A stretch of 64,000 nucleotides of DNA from Paludibacteraceae bacterium (GTDB taxonomy: Bacteria > Bacteroidota > Bacteroidia > Bacteroidales > Paludibacteraceae). Each line of letters starts with the position of its first letter. Positions within the stretch are counted from its first letter, which is position 1. Below the pieces are notes generated by a model. The model was not told the origin of the DNA, did not search any database, and saw only the letters and a list, made by a program, of their open reading frames with translations. A program made the translations under genes and the position numbers. Positions 1-9,744 of the stretch are shown piece by piece. Location of the stretch: contig JAKSNT010000001.1 in assembly GCA_024399575.1 (NCBI GenBank), positions 9,124 through 73,123 on the forward strand, in the 5' to 3' direction.

Positions 1-724
1 GTTCTGGAAAATCGGAATTGATTATCCAATCGTAATAGCCTTGGTTGGACGATAAGACATCTTTAACTTTCTGACCTTTGAACTTGCCGAAATTGAATAA
101 TGGTTCACCGTCGTTGTCATATACCATACGACCGGCGGGATCTACACGGCGAACAGCTGGTGCGGTAAATTCGGCGAGAAAATGGATATCATTTTTGAGA
201 TCTTGATATTTGTCGAGTTGTGCTTGGAGTACTTCGTATGTTGCCTGAACATCACCGAGAGCTGCGTGGGCATTGGTATGTTCTCTGTTACAATAATAAC
301 GATAAGCTGCTTCGAGGGTTCGAGGCTCTTTTTTGTGATATATAGTCTGAACATCAATTTTCTCAGCGCGTTCGATGAAATCGGGATTTATTCCTGCACG
401 AGAAAATTCTTCAGATAATATTGGAATGTCGAAATGGTTTGAATTATAGCCTGCAATGTCGGTACCAATAAAATCATTTGCAATTTCTTTGGCTTTCTGC
501 CTGAATGTCGGGCAATTGCGGACATCATCATCGGTAATACCATGTATTTCAGTAGATGATTCTGGAATGTGCATTTCTGGGTTAACACGAAATTTATGGG
601 CTGTCTCTTCGCCATCTGGATTTATTTTGAGGTAGGCAATTTCGATGATTCGGTCTTTGCAGGTGTCGAGACCAGTGGTTTCGAGGTCAAAGACGATAAG
701 TGGTTTCTTAAGATTTAGTTTCAT
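1..724 (-). CDS. 3'-5' exonuclease, DnaQ / DNA polymerase III epsilon-like (C-terminus lies beyond the left edge)
   Basis: Absent from the ORF track because there is no stop in the window. Manual minus-strand translation from ATG 724-722 stays open to base 1: MKLNLKKPLIVFDLETTGLDTCKDRIIEIAYLKINPDGEE...HGITDDDV...NSNHFDIPIL...NAHAALGDVQATYEVL. It carries the DLETTG (Exo I) and H-x4-D (HAALGD, Exo III) motifs. Confidence 0.8.
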   Translation of the reverse strand, partial: MKLNLKKPLIVFDLETTGLDTCKDRIIEIAYLKINPDGEETAHKFRVNPEMHIPESSTEIHGITDDDVRNCPTFRQKAKEIANDFIGTDIAGYNSNHFDIPILSEEFSRAGINPDFIERAEKIDVQTIYHKKEPRTLEAAYRYYCNREHTNAHAALGDVQATYEVLQAQLDKYQDLKNDIHFLAEFTAPAVRRVDPAGRMVYDNDGEPLFNFGKFKGQKVKDVLSSNQGYYDWIINSDFPE

Positions 725-748
725 ATAAATTGAACAAATAAATTTCTG

Positions 749-756
749 CAAAGGTA
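749..756 (-). promoter_or_regulatory. Bacteroidetes -7 promoter box (TACCTTTG on minus strand)
   Basis: Plus strand reads caaaggta, the reverse complement of TAnnTTTG. It lies 25 nt upstream of the exonuclease ATG at 724. Confidence 0.6.
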
Positions 757-781
757 GTAATTTTTTTGATATAAAACAAAA

Positions 782-1753
782 ATGAAGATAGGAAATATTC
801 AATTTAGAGAGAAACCTTTGTTTCTGGCGCCAATGGAGGATGTTACAGACCCTGCATTCAGGGGAATGTGTAAACGTTTTGGGGCAGATATGGTCTATAC
901 TGAATTTGTGTCAGCAGATGCGTTAATTAGAAGTATCAAAGCTACTTCTCAAAAATTGACTATACACGATGAAGAAAGACCTGTGGCGATTCAGATTTAT
1001 GGCAGAGATGTTGAAACAATGGTTGAAGCAGCCCAGATAGTTGAAGCAGCGGGACCCGATATTTTGGATATTAATTTCGGATGTCCGGTCAAAAAAGTTG
1101 CTAATAAGGGGGCAGGAGCTGGTATGTTGAGGAATATTCCGCTGATGCTTGAAATAACCAAGGCAGTAGTTAATGCAGTGAAAATACCTGTAACGGTCAA
1201 GACGAGATTAGGATGGGATAATGATTCGAAAATAATAGTTGATTTGGCAGAGCAGTTGCAGGATTGTGGAATACAGGCATTGGCAATTCATGGTCGTACG
1301 AGAGCGCAAATGTACACAGGTGAAGCGGATTGGACGCTCATAGGCGAAGTGAAAAATAATCAGAGAATGAAGATACCTATAATAGGCAACGGTGATATAT
1401 GTACTCCTGAGAGTGCAAAGGAGGCTTTTGAGAAATATGGTGTTGATGCCATAATGATAGGCAGAGCGACTTTCGGACATCCATGGATATTCGGTGAAAT
1501 CAGGGATTTTCTCGATTTTGGCAGTCCAAGTATGAATTATGACAATAAGGAGTGGCAAGTAGAATTGCTGAAAGAACATGTATTGAAATCAATTGAATGG
1601 TGTGGTAATGATGAAAGGAAAGGAATATTGCATAGCAGGAGACACATTGCTGCTGCTCCGACATATAAATGTATTCCGAATTTCAGGGAAACGAAGATAG
1701 CAATGTTAAGAGCAGAAAGTTTGGATGAGTTGTTCGAGTTGATGAAACGGTAA
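782..1753 (+). CDS. dusB: tRNA-dihydrouridine synthase
   Basis: LAPMEDVTDPAFR and INFGCP motifs in a Dus-family FMN TIM-barrel protein of typical length (323 aa). Confidence 0.9.
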   Translation: MKIGNIQFREKPLFLAPMEDVTDPAFRGMCKRFGADMVYTEFVSADALIRSIKATSQKLTIHDEERPVAIQIYGRDVETMVEAAQIVEAAGPDILDINFGCPVKKVANKGAGAGMLRNIPLMLEITKAVVNAVKIPVTVKTRLGWDNDSKIIVDLAEQLQDCGIQALAIHGRTRAQMYTGEADWTLIGEVKNNQRMKIPIIGNGDICTPESAKEAFEKYGVDAIMIGRATFGHPWIFGEIRDFLDFGSPSMNYDNKEWQVELLKEHVLKSIEWCGNDERKGILHSRRHIAAAPTYKCIPNFRETKIAMLRAESLDELFELMKR

Positions 1754-1775
1754 ATAATCAATTAAAATTTGAGAT

Positions 1776-2603
1776 ATGTTTGGCTATGTTTTATGGAATT
1801 TCAGTGGAGTGATGTTTGAGTTTGGAGGCATCAAGATAATGTGGTATGGTGTGTTGTTTGCGACAGGATTGGCTTTAAGTGCGTGGTGGATATTTAAAAG
1901 GTTTATAGAGGAAGGAATGACCGAGAAAGATTTTGAGATTTTAGTAATATGGGGATTTGTTTGTATGTTCCTTGGATGCCGGTTGGCTCATTGTCTGTTT
2001 TACCAGTGGGATTATTTTTCACAACATCTCCTTGAGATATTTTTGCCTATAAAAGAGAAAGTAGGTGGTGGTTGGAAGTTTACTGGCTATCATGGTCTGG
2101 CAAGCCATGGAGGGGCGGTCGGTATGGTTGTCGCCTTGTTGATTTTTAAACTGAAGACGAAAAAAAGCTTGTGGAAAGCAATGGATATTGTTACTATCGC
2201 AGCATGTCTGACAGGAGGATTCATAAGGTTGGGTAACCTTATGAACAGCGAAATAGTAGGGGTAGAAACAAGTATGCCGTGGGGGTTTATTTTTACTAAA
2301 ATTGATTACGTCCCGAGACATCCTGCACAGTTGTATGAGGCAATATATTATTTTGCGTTATTTGTTGTCTTACAATATGTTTACAACAAGAAAAGGTATA
2401 AACGCGAGGCAGAAGGTTTTTATGTGGGATTGGCATTGACGGGAATATTTTTGTTCAGGTTTTTGATAGAATTTGTAAAGGAAGTTCAGGAGGATTTTGA
2501 GAGTGATATGTTGTTGGATATGGGACAGATATTGAGTTTGCCATTTATTGTTGCAGGCTTGATTATAATTTTTTTGAGAAAAAGTGGACAAAAGTCAAAA
2601 TAA
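1776..2603 (+). CDS. lgt: prolipoprotein diacylglyceryl transferase
   Basis: Polytopic membrane protein of 275 aa. GYHGLASHGG and RHPAQLYEA motifs are typical of Lgt. Confidence 0.85.
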   Translation: MFGYVLWNFSGVMFEFGGIKIMWYGVLFATGLALSAWWIFKRFIEEGMTEKDFEILVIWGFVCMFLGCRLAHCLFYQWDYFSQHLLEIFLPIKEKVGGGWKFTGYHGLASHGGAVGMVVALLIFKLKTKKSLWKAMDIVTIAACLTGGFIRLGNLMNSEIVGVETSMPWGFIFTKIDYVPRHPAQLYEAIYYFALFVVLQYVYNKKRYKREAEGFYVGLALTGIFLFRFLIEFVKEVQEDFESDMLLDMGQILSLPFIVAGLIIIFLRKSGQKSK

Positions 2604-2608
2604 AAGTG

Positions 2609-2616
2609 TAAATTTG
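2609..2616 (+). promoter_or_regulatory. -7 promoter box TAAATTTG
   Basis: Matches TAnnTTTG and lies 31 nt upstream of ATG 2647. Confidence 0.5.
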
Positions 2617-2646
2617 CAGGCTAAATATTTTGGGTAGTTAGGCTTT

Positions 2647-3954
2647 ATGAAAAAGACAATATATTTGGTAGTAACAATGATAATTTTTATCGTTGTGTTT
2701 TCTTGTAAAAAGAAGGATACTGTGGTATATTCGGATACGGCGGTCGTGTCTGCTTTTTACGTGAAAAGTCATTTCTCAAATGATGCAAAGAATTATACGT
2801 TTGTTATTGACGAGGAGAATAAATTGATTTACAATCCCGATTCGTTTGCGTACGGGATGAGGGTTGATTCGCTGACTCCAGTATTGGCACCGAAATTTAC
2901 GGATGCTGTGATAGATGGCGAAATATCGCTTAATGGTTCTGACACAGTATGGATTGATTTTAGGACAGAGCATGTACTGACGGTCACGGCAAGCGACCAG
3001 CAGACTAAACAGAGTTATGTTGTCAGGGTTAATGTCCATAAGGTTGATCCAGATTCATTTGTTTTTGTGAAAATGGATGCATTGGATTTTACGAATGTGT
3101 CGATGAGCAAGTCTGTTATGACAGAGGAAGGCATTGTTTGTTTGATGAACAAGGGAGGAGAACTGGCGGTTGCTAAATCAGTAAATAGTGTTAGTTGGGA
3201 AGCAGTTGAGACTCAAATTGAAATTTCGGCAGACGAATTGGATTTGGAGCATGCAACGGTTTGTGAAAATGGAATATGCGTATTGAGCGGTTTGGATATT
3301 TACAAGAGTAGGAATGGAGCGATATGGGAAAAAGAGACGACGACATCCGATTTTCGAATATTACATTTGCTTTTCAGCCTGGGTGGAAAGTTGTATGCAT
3401 TGGGTGATGGACATAAAATCATGCGGCTCAATGGTAATAAATGGGAAGTGGCAAATGAGACAGATAGAGGTTTCCCTGTTAGGGGTGAGGCTGTATGCGT
3501 AGGAAAGTCACCAACCGGAATAGAAGTTGCATACGTTGCAGGTGGAATAGATTCAGATGGGAACTATCTGTCGAGTGTGTGGAGTACTGAGAATGGTTCA
3601 TATTGGGTGAATTTAAGTTTGAGAGAAAATTCATTTGGCAAACGAGCTTATGCATCGTTGATACAGTATGCAAGTGGATTGATAATGATAGGAGGTGAGA
3701 ATGCAGACACTATCGTGGCAGACGATTTTTTGTATTCGCAGGATTATGGAATAAATTGGAGCAAGGTAGATACAACTTTCAAGTTGGATACAGCTGGGAT
3801 GGAAAGAATAGAGTATGTAGAAAGGTGTATGGCATCGCTACTTGCTGATGGAATCGGTAATATTTATATAATTGGTGGAAGATTTGGCAATGCGATTTTG
3901 GGCGATGCGTGGAAAGGTCGTTTAAATCGGGCAATTCCTGGATTCAAGAAATGA
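2647..3954 (+). CDS. lipoprotein with Kelch-like beta-propeller C-terminal half, function unknown
   Basis: Signal peptide with lipobox (VVFSC, Cys20). Repeated GG-x-D...W blocks: YVAGGIDSDGNYLSSVW, LIMIGGENAD, IYIIGGRFGN. Confidence 0.7.
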   Translation: MKKTIYLVVTMIIFIVVFSCKKKDTVVYSDTAVVSAFYVKSHFSNDAKNYTFVIDEENKLIYNPDSFAYGMRVDSLTPVLAPKFTDAVIDGEISLNGSDTVWIDFRTEHVLTVTASDQQTKQSYVVRVNVHKVDPDSFVFVKMDALDFTNVSMSKSVMTEEGIVCLMNKGGELAVAKSVNSVSWEAVETQIEISADELDLEHATVCENGICVLSGLDIYKSRNGAIWEKETTTSDFRILHLLFSLGGKLYALGDGHKIMRLNGNKWEVANETDRGFPVRGEAVCVGKSPTGIEVAYVAGGIDSDGNYLSSVWSTENGSYWVNLSLRENSFGKRAYASLIQYASGLIMIGGENADTIVADDFLYSQDYGINWSKVDTTFKLDTAGMERIEYVERCMASLLADGIGNIYIIGGRFGNAILGDAWKGRLNRAIPGFKK

Positions 3955-5099
3955 TGAGAAAGGTTGAATTGCCACGTTCGAAGAGTGTGGTTGCACGATT
4001 GGCATTGATGTATGCAGTAAGTGGCGAAGAAGTACCGATATTTAATGATAATGATGATATAGAAGTGATATGCAATGCGGTGAATACGCTTAAATATGAA
4101 GTGAATGTCCAGAAGTCTGGTACGGCGGCTCGTTTTATGATAGCGTATTGTGCCAGTATTGATGAAGAGCATATAGTTGATGGCGATGAACAATTGAGAA
4201 GAAGACCGATGGTGGCAATTGTGGATGCTGTAAGGAAGTTGGGTGCTATAGTGGAATATTTGAATGAGGAGGGGAAATTGCCTGTTAAATTGAAAGGGTG
4301 TGATTGGGGTGAAAACAGAAAAGTGGAGATTGATGCCACAGAGAGCAGCCAATGTATTTCGGCATTGATGATTGTCGGAGCAAAGAAAGGTCTGACGATA
4401 GAGACGATTGGCAAGAGGGTTTCATGGAAATATGTTGAATTGACTAAAAGGTTGATGGAAAGATGTGGGGCAGACGTTATGGTAGATGACAGGTCGGTGA
4501 ATGTTAGTTGTGAGGAATATTGGATTGATAAAAATTTATGGAGTGAAAGAGATTGGTCGGCAGCAGTTCTATGGTATGGATTGGTGTCTGTGGGAGACGA
4601 GCAAAGGGTTTTGCTGAAAGGATTGAAATTTCATAGTGGGCAACCAGACGAGAGAGTGAAAGAATTTTTCGGTGAAATGGGAGTTGAAAGTGTTGAACAT
4701 GCTGATGGAATCGAGATATTTAGATCAGGAGAAAAACGAAAATATATTGAAACAGATTTTTTGGACAATCCAGATATGGTAATGGTCAGTGTGGCAGCAA
4801 TGTGTAGGTTGGGTATAAAGTTTAAGTTGACTGGATTGGATACACTTGAAAGAAAAGAGAGCGATAGAGGTCATGTGTTGAAGGGAGAAATGGCGAAATG
4901 TGGATATAAATTAGGATTTGATGGTAAGGAAATGTGGTGGAATGGCGAGAAATGTGAACTGTTGGGTAAGTGTAATGCTCATGGTGATCATAGAATAGCG
5001 ATGGCATTGTTGGTTATAGGTGTTGAATTTGCAGGCAGACAAAGTATAAACAAGAGTTACAGATTATATGGAACAGAGTTTAGAGGAGAAGGAGAATGA
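3951..5099 (+). CDS. aroA: 3-phosphoshikimate 1-carboxyvinyltransferase (EPSP synthase), short divergent form
   Basis: Motifs LPRSKS, SGTAARF, RRRP, ERKESDR and GDHRIAMAL correspond to E. coli LPGSKS, AGTAMR, KERP, KETDR and NDHRMAM. Start moved from 3909 to ATG 3951, giving an ATGA overlap with the upstream stop. Confidence 0.8.
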   Translation: MMRKVELPRSKSVVARLALMYAVSGEEVPIFNDNDDIEVICNAVNTLKYEVNVQKSGTAARFMIAYCASIDEEHIVDGDEQLRRRPMVAIVDAVRKLGAIVEYLNEEGKLPVKLKGCDWGENRKVEIDATESSQCISALMIVGAKKGLTIETIGKRVSWKYVELTKRLMERCGADVMVDDRSVNVSCEEYWIDKNLWSERDWSAAVLWYGLVSVGDEQRVLLKGLKFHSGQPDERVKEFFGEMGVESVEHADGIEIFRSGEKRKYIETDFLDNPDMVMVSVAAMCRLGIKFKLTGLDTLERKESDRGHVLKGEMAKCGYKLGFDGKEMWWNGEKCELLGKCNAHGDHRIAMALLVIGVEFAGRQSINKSYRLYGTEFRGEGE

Positions 5100-5481
5100 A
5101 GTCATTGAAGAGTTTTCGGTTTTCGATGATTGGATGGACAAGTATCAGTATTTGATAGAACTTGGACAGGAACTGGACCCTTTGGAAGAGTCGGAGAAAA
5201 ATGAGCAAAGTCTGATAAACGGGTGTCAAAGTAAAGTTTGGATAGTAAGTGAGGTAAAAGACGGAAGACTTTATTTTCGAGCAGATAGTGATGCAATAAT
5301 TGTCAAAGGCATAGTAGCTATGTTGATGAAAGTGGTTTCTGGTTCCAAGATAGATGAATTAAAGGAATGTGACTTTAGTTTTGTGTCGAAGATAGGATTG
5401 AGAGAACATTTGTCGCCAACGCGTAGTAATGGGGTTTTGGCAATGATAGAAAGGATAAAGGCAACGGCTAATAGATTTTAA
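5068..5481 (+). CDS. sufE: SufE-family cysteine desulfuration (sulfur acceptor) protein
   Basis: DDWMDKYQYLIELGQEL...INGCQSKVWI aligns with the SufE N-terminus and active-site Cys motif. 137 aa. Confidence 0.85.
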   Translation: MEQSLEEKENEVIEEFSVFDDWMDKYQYLIELGQELDPLEESEKNEQSLINGCQSKVWIVSEVKDGRLYFRADSDAIIVKGIVAMLMKVVSGSKIDELKECDFSFVSKIGLREHLSPTRSNGVLAMIERIKATANRF

Positions 5482-6629
5482 TGAAGAGATTGTACATATT
5501 CAATCCTGAGCATGATTTGGCTTTGGCAAGTGGGTCGGCAAATTATCAGGCACCGGAATCTGCATTGTTTCTGGCTTCTGATTTGGCGACATTGCCAAAA
5601 TGGTTTGCCGAAGCTGGTAGCGTAGTCTTTGACAGAGGAGATTTGAATCCTTATTCATGTGAGCCAATGTCGATAGACGTAGTCGAACCGTGGGGGTGGG
5701 ATTTGGCTGTCAGACGATTGTTGATAGCGAATGGTATAGATGATAAGATATTGCCAAGCGTTGAGGAGATTGCGGAATTTAGGCAATTGTCGCACAGAAA
5801 GATTGCTACAAGGGCTATGAATAGCCTGAGGAGCTCGATAGGAGATAAATGGGAATTGCCAAGTTCGGCAGCGGAGTTGTATAACTTGAATGAGGTAAGT
5901 GATTTTGTTGAGGTGCATGGCGAAACTGTTTTGAAGGCCCCATGGAGCAGTAGTGGAAGGGGAGTGTATTGGTTGAATAAAGGCAATTTCACACCGAGTA
6001 TGAAGGGTTGGATAAAGAGAGTGATTGAAAAGCAAGGTTCGATAATGGCTGAGGTTTCGATGAAAAGAAAAAAGGATTTTGCAATGGAGTTCAAAACGAT
6101 GGAGCATAAAGCAAGATTTATGGGTTATTCATTGTTTTTTACCGAAGAGACTGGTGCATATCGTGGAAACATGCTGATGAGTAATGATAGGATAACTGAG
6201 GAACTGAAAGAATATATTGCGGGGGAGGAGTTGGATGATGTAAAAACTCAGTTGCTTGAATTTCTGGAAAACGTAGTTGCTCCTATTTATTCTGGCTCAG
6301 TTGGGGTTGATATGTTCATATACCAATCGGATAGAGGCGAATATTTGTTGAATCCGGTAGTTGAGATAAATATGAGAATGACGATGGGCATGGTTGCGAG
6401 AGTGATATATGACAGATACGTTGATTCTGGAAGTGAAGGGGTGTTTATGGTTGAGCATAAGTCGCCTGGAAGGATGAAGGTCAATCAGGCCTGGCATGAT
6501 GCTCATGAAAAAATGGAATATACTGACGATAAGCGAATGAAGAGGGGATATTTGAGTCTATGCCCTGTGACTGAGAATACGCTTTATAGAGCAAGCATAT
6601 CTGTAAAACCTGGGAAATATGAAAATTGA
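5481..6629 (+). CDS. conserved hypothetical protein, possible ATP-grasp fold
   Basis: 382 aa. VLKAPWSSSGRGV resembles a glycine-rich ATP-grasp loop, and NPVVEINMRMTMG resembles the ATP-grasp C-terminal E-x-N metal-binding motif. I recognise no specific family. Confidence 0.5.
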   Translation: MKRLYIFNPEHDLALASGSANYQAPESALFLASDLATLPKWFAEAGSVVFDRGDLNPYSCEPMSIDVVEPWGWDLAVRRLLIANGIDDKILPSVEEIAEFRQLSHRKIATRAMNSLRSSIGDKWELPSSAAELYNLNEVSDFVEVHGETVLKAPWSSSGRGVYWLNKGNFTPSMKGWIKRVIEKQGSIMAEVSMKRKKDFAMEFKTMEHKARFMGYSLFFTEETGAYRGNMLMSNDRITEELKEYIAGEELDDVKTQLLEFLENVVAPIYSGSVGVDMFIYQSDRGEYLLNPVVEINMRMTMGMVARVIYDRYVDSGSEGVFMVEHKSPGRMKVNQAWHDAHEKMEYTDDKRMKRGYLSLCPVTENTLYRASISVKPGKYEN

Positions 6630-7086
6630 ATTTGCAAAAAGGTCTGATGTCTGCGATATTCTGAATTTTATTAAAGAGTTGGCAGAATATGAAAAGTTGG
6701 CTGATGAGGTCGTTGCTGATGAACAAACTTTGGAACATTGGATTTTCGACGAAGGGAAGGCAGAAGTGATTTTTGCAGTAGAAGGTGTTGAAAGGGTCGG
6801 TTTTGCGTTGTTTTTTCATAATTTTTCGACTTTCGTCGGACGTGCTGGACTATATCTTGAAGATTTGTTTGTCAAACCAGAGTATAGAGGAAAGGGATAC
6901 GGCAAGGCTTTGTTGCACGAATTGGCGAAAATAGCTAACGAGAGAGGTTGTGGAAGATTCGAGTGGGTTTGTCTGGACTGGAACAAGCCAAGTATAGATT
7001 TTTATAAATCGTTGGGAGCTGTTCCGATGGATGGGTGGACAATATATAGGATGGATGGGGAAAGATTGAAAGAATTTGGAAAATAG
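6619..7086 (+). CDS. GNAT family N-acetyltransferase (diamine/spermidine acetyltransferase-like)
   Basis: Acetyl-CoA motif YRGKGYGKALLHELAKIA. 155 aa. C-terminal DWNKPSIDFYKSLGA is typical of SSAT-like GNATs. Confidence 0.8.
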   Translation: MKIEFAKRSDVCDILNFIKELAEYEKLADEVVADEQTLEHWIFDEGKAEVIFAVEGVERVGFALFFHNFSTFVGRAGLYLEDLFVKPEYRGKGYGKALLHELAKIANERGCGRFEWVCLDWNKPSIDFYKSLGAVPMDGWTIYRMDGERLKEFGK

Positions 7087-7107
7087 TAATTTTTAATTTA
7101 TACTTTT

Positions 7108-8733
7108 ATGAAAAAATTTAATTTATTGTTGATGTTAGTCATGGTAATATTCATGGCAATGTCGTGCAAAAAAGACGAACCAAAGAATGAGGAGATTGAC
7201 ATGAATTCAATCTATCTGTATGGTAATTGTACTGGTGTTGTATCTAACACTCTCGGTCCAAAAGATGGAGGAGATGCTTATTACATTGTGGCAACCAAAC
7301 TGTCGGGTGCTACACTTCAGGAAAAGGCAAAAAAGATTCTTGGTGTTCGTTTTTTCGTTGGTGACGGGGCTGTTGAAGGAAGTGCTTACGTAATGTATGA
7401 ACTTGGATCAAACGAAACGAGAATTGTTGACAAACAGTATTCTTATGTTGAAGGAGGATGGCAGTATGTCATTTTTGATAATCCTGTTGACATAACTTCA
7501 GATGCTGATGTATATATCGGATACGAGGTTCAGGGTTCAGGGTATTTGATTGGAGTTCAGGAGAAAAAGAGCAAGGGAGATTATATGTTTGACGGCAAAA
7601 AATGGAATGATTTCAAGAGTCAGGGTTTATCTTCGAAAAGTTTGGCAATCCAGGCAATTTGTGTAGGTGGGGACTATTCTGCAGAGAAACAGCATAATAT
7701 TGTTGTCGAGAATCTTGATATGAAGCAGAATTTGCGTGCTGGTGAAGTGGTTGATTTCACAGCTGAGGTTAGGAATGCTGGTGTCAAGACAACTGGAAAG
7801 GTTAATGTGAAATGTACGTTCGGTGATGAAACTCAAAGTTTTGAAATCAACGGTTTGCGTAATGGTGAAACTAAACTCATCTCTTGCAAAATTAATGGTG
7901 TCGGTCTTGATTTGAAGAGCGTAGCTGTTGAAGCAAGCGAGGAGAATGTTACAGATGAGGTTACGAAAGACAATAAAGTGTCGCAGAGTGTCAATGTCTA
8001 TGCTGCAGATGCTCCATCGCGAAATCGTATATTGATTGAAGAGTTTACTGGTCAGGATTGTCCAAACTGTCCAGCAGGTATAGAGAACTTAAGAAAATGC
8101 ATTGCTGGTTTGTCTAATCCAAACAAAGTGGCTTGGGTGGCACATCACTCAGGTTATTATGATGATATTTTCACTTTGACTGGTGACAAATCTATAGCTT
8201 CGAAATTTGGCGTGGATTTCGCTCCTGCATGTATGATTGACCGTATGAAAGTGACATATATGAAAGGTGTAACAGAATTGGTATGGGTTTCTGGATATTG
8301 TACTACATCTTTGCTTGAGGAATTGATAACTATTCCTGCCAATGCAACACTTAGCATGAACGCTGAGATATCAATGACAGATAGTGTTATCACAGTGACA
8401 GCAAATGGTATGTCGTATAAGAAAGATGCTTATATCACGGTTATGCTTTGTCAGAATGGAATTATTGCATCTCAGGCGGGTGTTAATGGTAATTTTGAAC
8501 ATGGCGAGGTTGTACGTGCATATCTGACTCAGCCATTGGGAGATGCCTTGACGCTTGATGAAGAAGGTAATTACACATCTGAGTTTGAATATAAATTGCC
8601 TGCTTCGATTAAGGGTGTGCAAAATAAGGCAATAAACGTTGACATTGACAATATGTATATTGTAGTCTTGGTTCATGGCAAGGGTTCAGGTGCGGTATTT
8701 AATTCTGATTCAATGTATTTGGTTAAAAAATAA
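7108..8733 (+). CDS. Omp28-related outer-membrane lipoprotein with thioredoxin-like CxxC segment
   Basis: Lipobox AMSC and EEFTGQDCPNCP motif. 541 aa. The family assignment is from memory. Confidence 0.55.
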   Translation: MKKFNLLLMLVMVIFMAMSCKKDEPKNEEIDMNSIYLYGNCTGVVSNTLGPKDGGDAYYIVATKLSGATLQEKAKKILGVRFFVGDGAVEGSAYVMYELGSNETRIVDKQYSYVEGGWQYVIFDNPVDITSDADVYIGYEVQGSGYLIGVQEKKSKGDYMFDGKKWNDFKSQGLSSKSLAIQAICVGGDYSAEKQHNIVVENLDMKQNLRAGEVVDFTAEVRNAGVKTTGKVNVKCTFGDETQSFEINGLRNGETKLISCKINGVGLDLKSVAVEASEENVTDEVTKDNKVSQSVNVYAADAPSRNRILIEEFTGQDCPNCPAGIENLRKCIAGLSNPNKVAWVAHHSGYYDDIFTLTGDKSIASKFGVDFAPACMIDRMKVTYMKGVTELVWVSGYCTTSLLEELITIPANATLSMNAEISMTDSVITVTANGMSYKKDAYITVMLCQNGIIASQAGVNGNFEHGEVVRAYLTQPLGDALTLDEEGNYTSEFEYKLPASIKGVQNKAINVDIDNMYIVVLVHGKGSGAVFNSDSMYLVKK

Positions 8734-8736
8734 GAT

Positions 8737-9744
8737 ATGGATTTATTAGGAGAGATTAAGAAGAGAGCTCAGGCTAACCTCCAGCATATTGTATTGCCTG
8801 AAGGGAATGAGCCTCGTACACTTGAGGCAGCAAACAGGGTTTTGCGTGACAAGGTGGCAAGATTGACATTGCTTGGCAATGTTGATGAGATAATGGCAAT
8901 GGCTCGTCAGAAGGGTTTTGAAATGATTTCACCTGAAATCATTGTTGACCCTAAGACAAGCGAGAAGGCAGAGGAGTATGCAAACCTTCTTTTCGAGCTT
9001 CGCAAGAATAAGGGAATGAGTATCGAGGAGGCTCGTCAGAAAGTTCAGGATCCTTTGTATTTTGGATGTCTGATGATTAAATCTGGTCATGCAGATGGTC
9101 AGTTGGCAGGAGCAATCAATACGACTGGAAATGTACTTCGTCCTGCATTGCAGATTATCAAGACGGCAAAAGGATTCTCGTGTGTTTCGGGTGCTATGAT
9201 ACTTATCAGCAACCAGAAACAGTATGGAGAAGAGGGTATCATTGTTTGTGGCGACATTGCTGTATTGCCTCAGCCATCGACTGACGATCTGGCACAGATA
9301 GCTGTTGCAACGGGTCGCACGATGAAGGCGATATGTGGTTTCGAACCAAGGGTTGCAATGCTCAGTTTCTCGACTAAGGGAAGTGCAAAGAACGAATTGG
9401 TTGACCGTGTCGTAGAAGCAACTAAGAAGGCACAGGAAATGGCTCCTGATATGATGATAGACGGAGAGTTGCAGGCAGATGCGGCATTGGTAGAAGCAGT
9501 AGGTTCGCTGAAATGTCCAGGAAGCCCAGTAGCCGGCAAAGCGAATACGTTGGTATTCCCATCCCTCGAGACAGGAAATATCGCATATAAACTTGTACAG
9601 CGTTTGGGCGGTGCAATTGCAATCGGTCCAATCCTTCAAGGTATAGCAGCTCCAATCAACGATTTGAGTCGTGGATGCTCGGTTGAGGATGTCGAGAAAA
9701 TGATAGCAATTACATGTAACCAGGCAATAGCAGCAAAGAAATGA
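8737..9744 (+). CDS. pta: phosphate acetyltransferase
   Basis: QHIVLPEGNEPRTLEAA N-terminus and GPILQGIAAPINDLSRGCS C-terminal PTA_PTB motif. Directly upstream of ackA. Confidence 0.92.
   Translation: MDLLGEIKKRAQANLQHIVLPEGNEPRTLEAANRVLRDKVARLTLLGNVDEIMAMARQKGFEMISPEIIVDPKTSEKAEEYANLLFELRKNKGMSIEEARQKVQDPLYFGCLMIKSGHADGQLAGAINTTGNVLRPALQIIKTAKGFSCVSGAMILISNQKQYGEEGIIVCGDIAVLPQPSTDDLAQIAVATGRTMKAICGFEPRVAMLSFSTKGSAKNELVDRVVEATKKAQEMAPDMMIDGELQADAALVEAVGSLKCPGSPVAGKANTLVFPSLETGNIAYKLVQRLGGAIAIGPILQGIAAPINDLSRGCSVEDVEKMIAITCNQAIAAKK

Noticed and set aside
2881-2900. Sigma-54-type -24 element (TGGCAC), of interest because rpoN is in the window. Other TGGCAC occurrences are at about 33279 and 40450.
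   Set aside because: All occurrences are inside coding sequence and lack a properly spaced TTGC -12 element.
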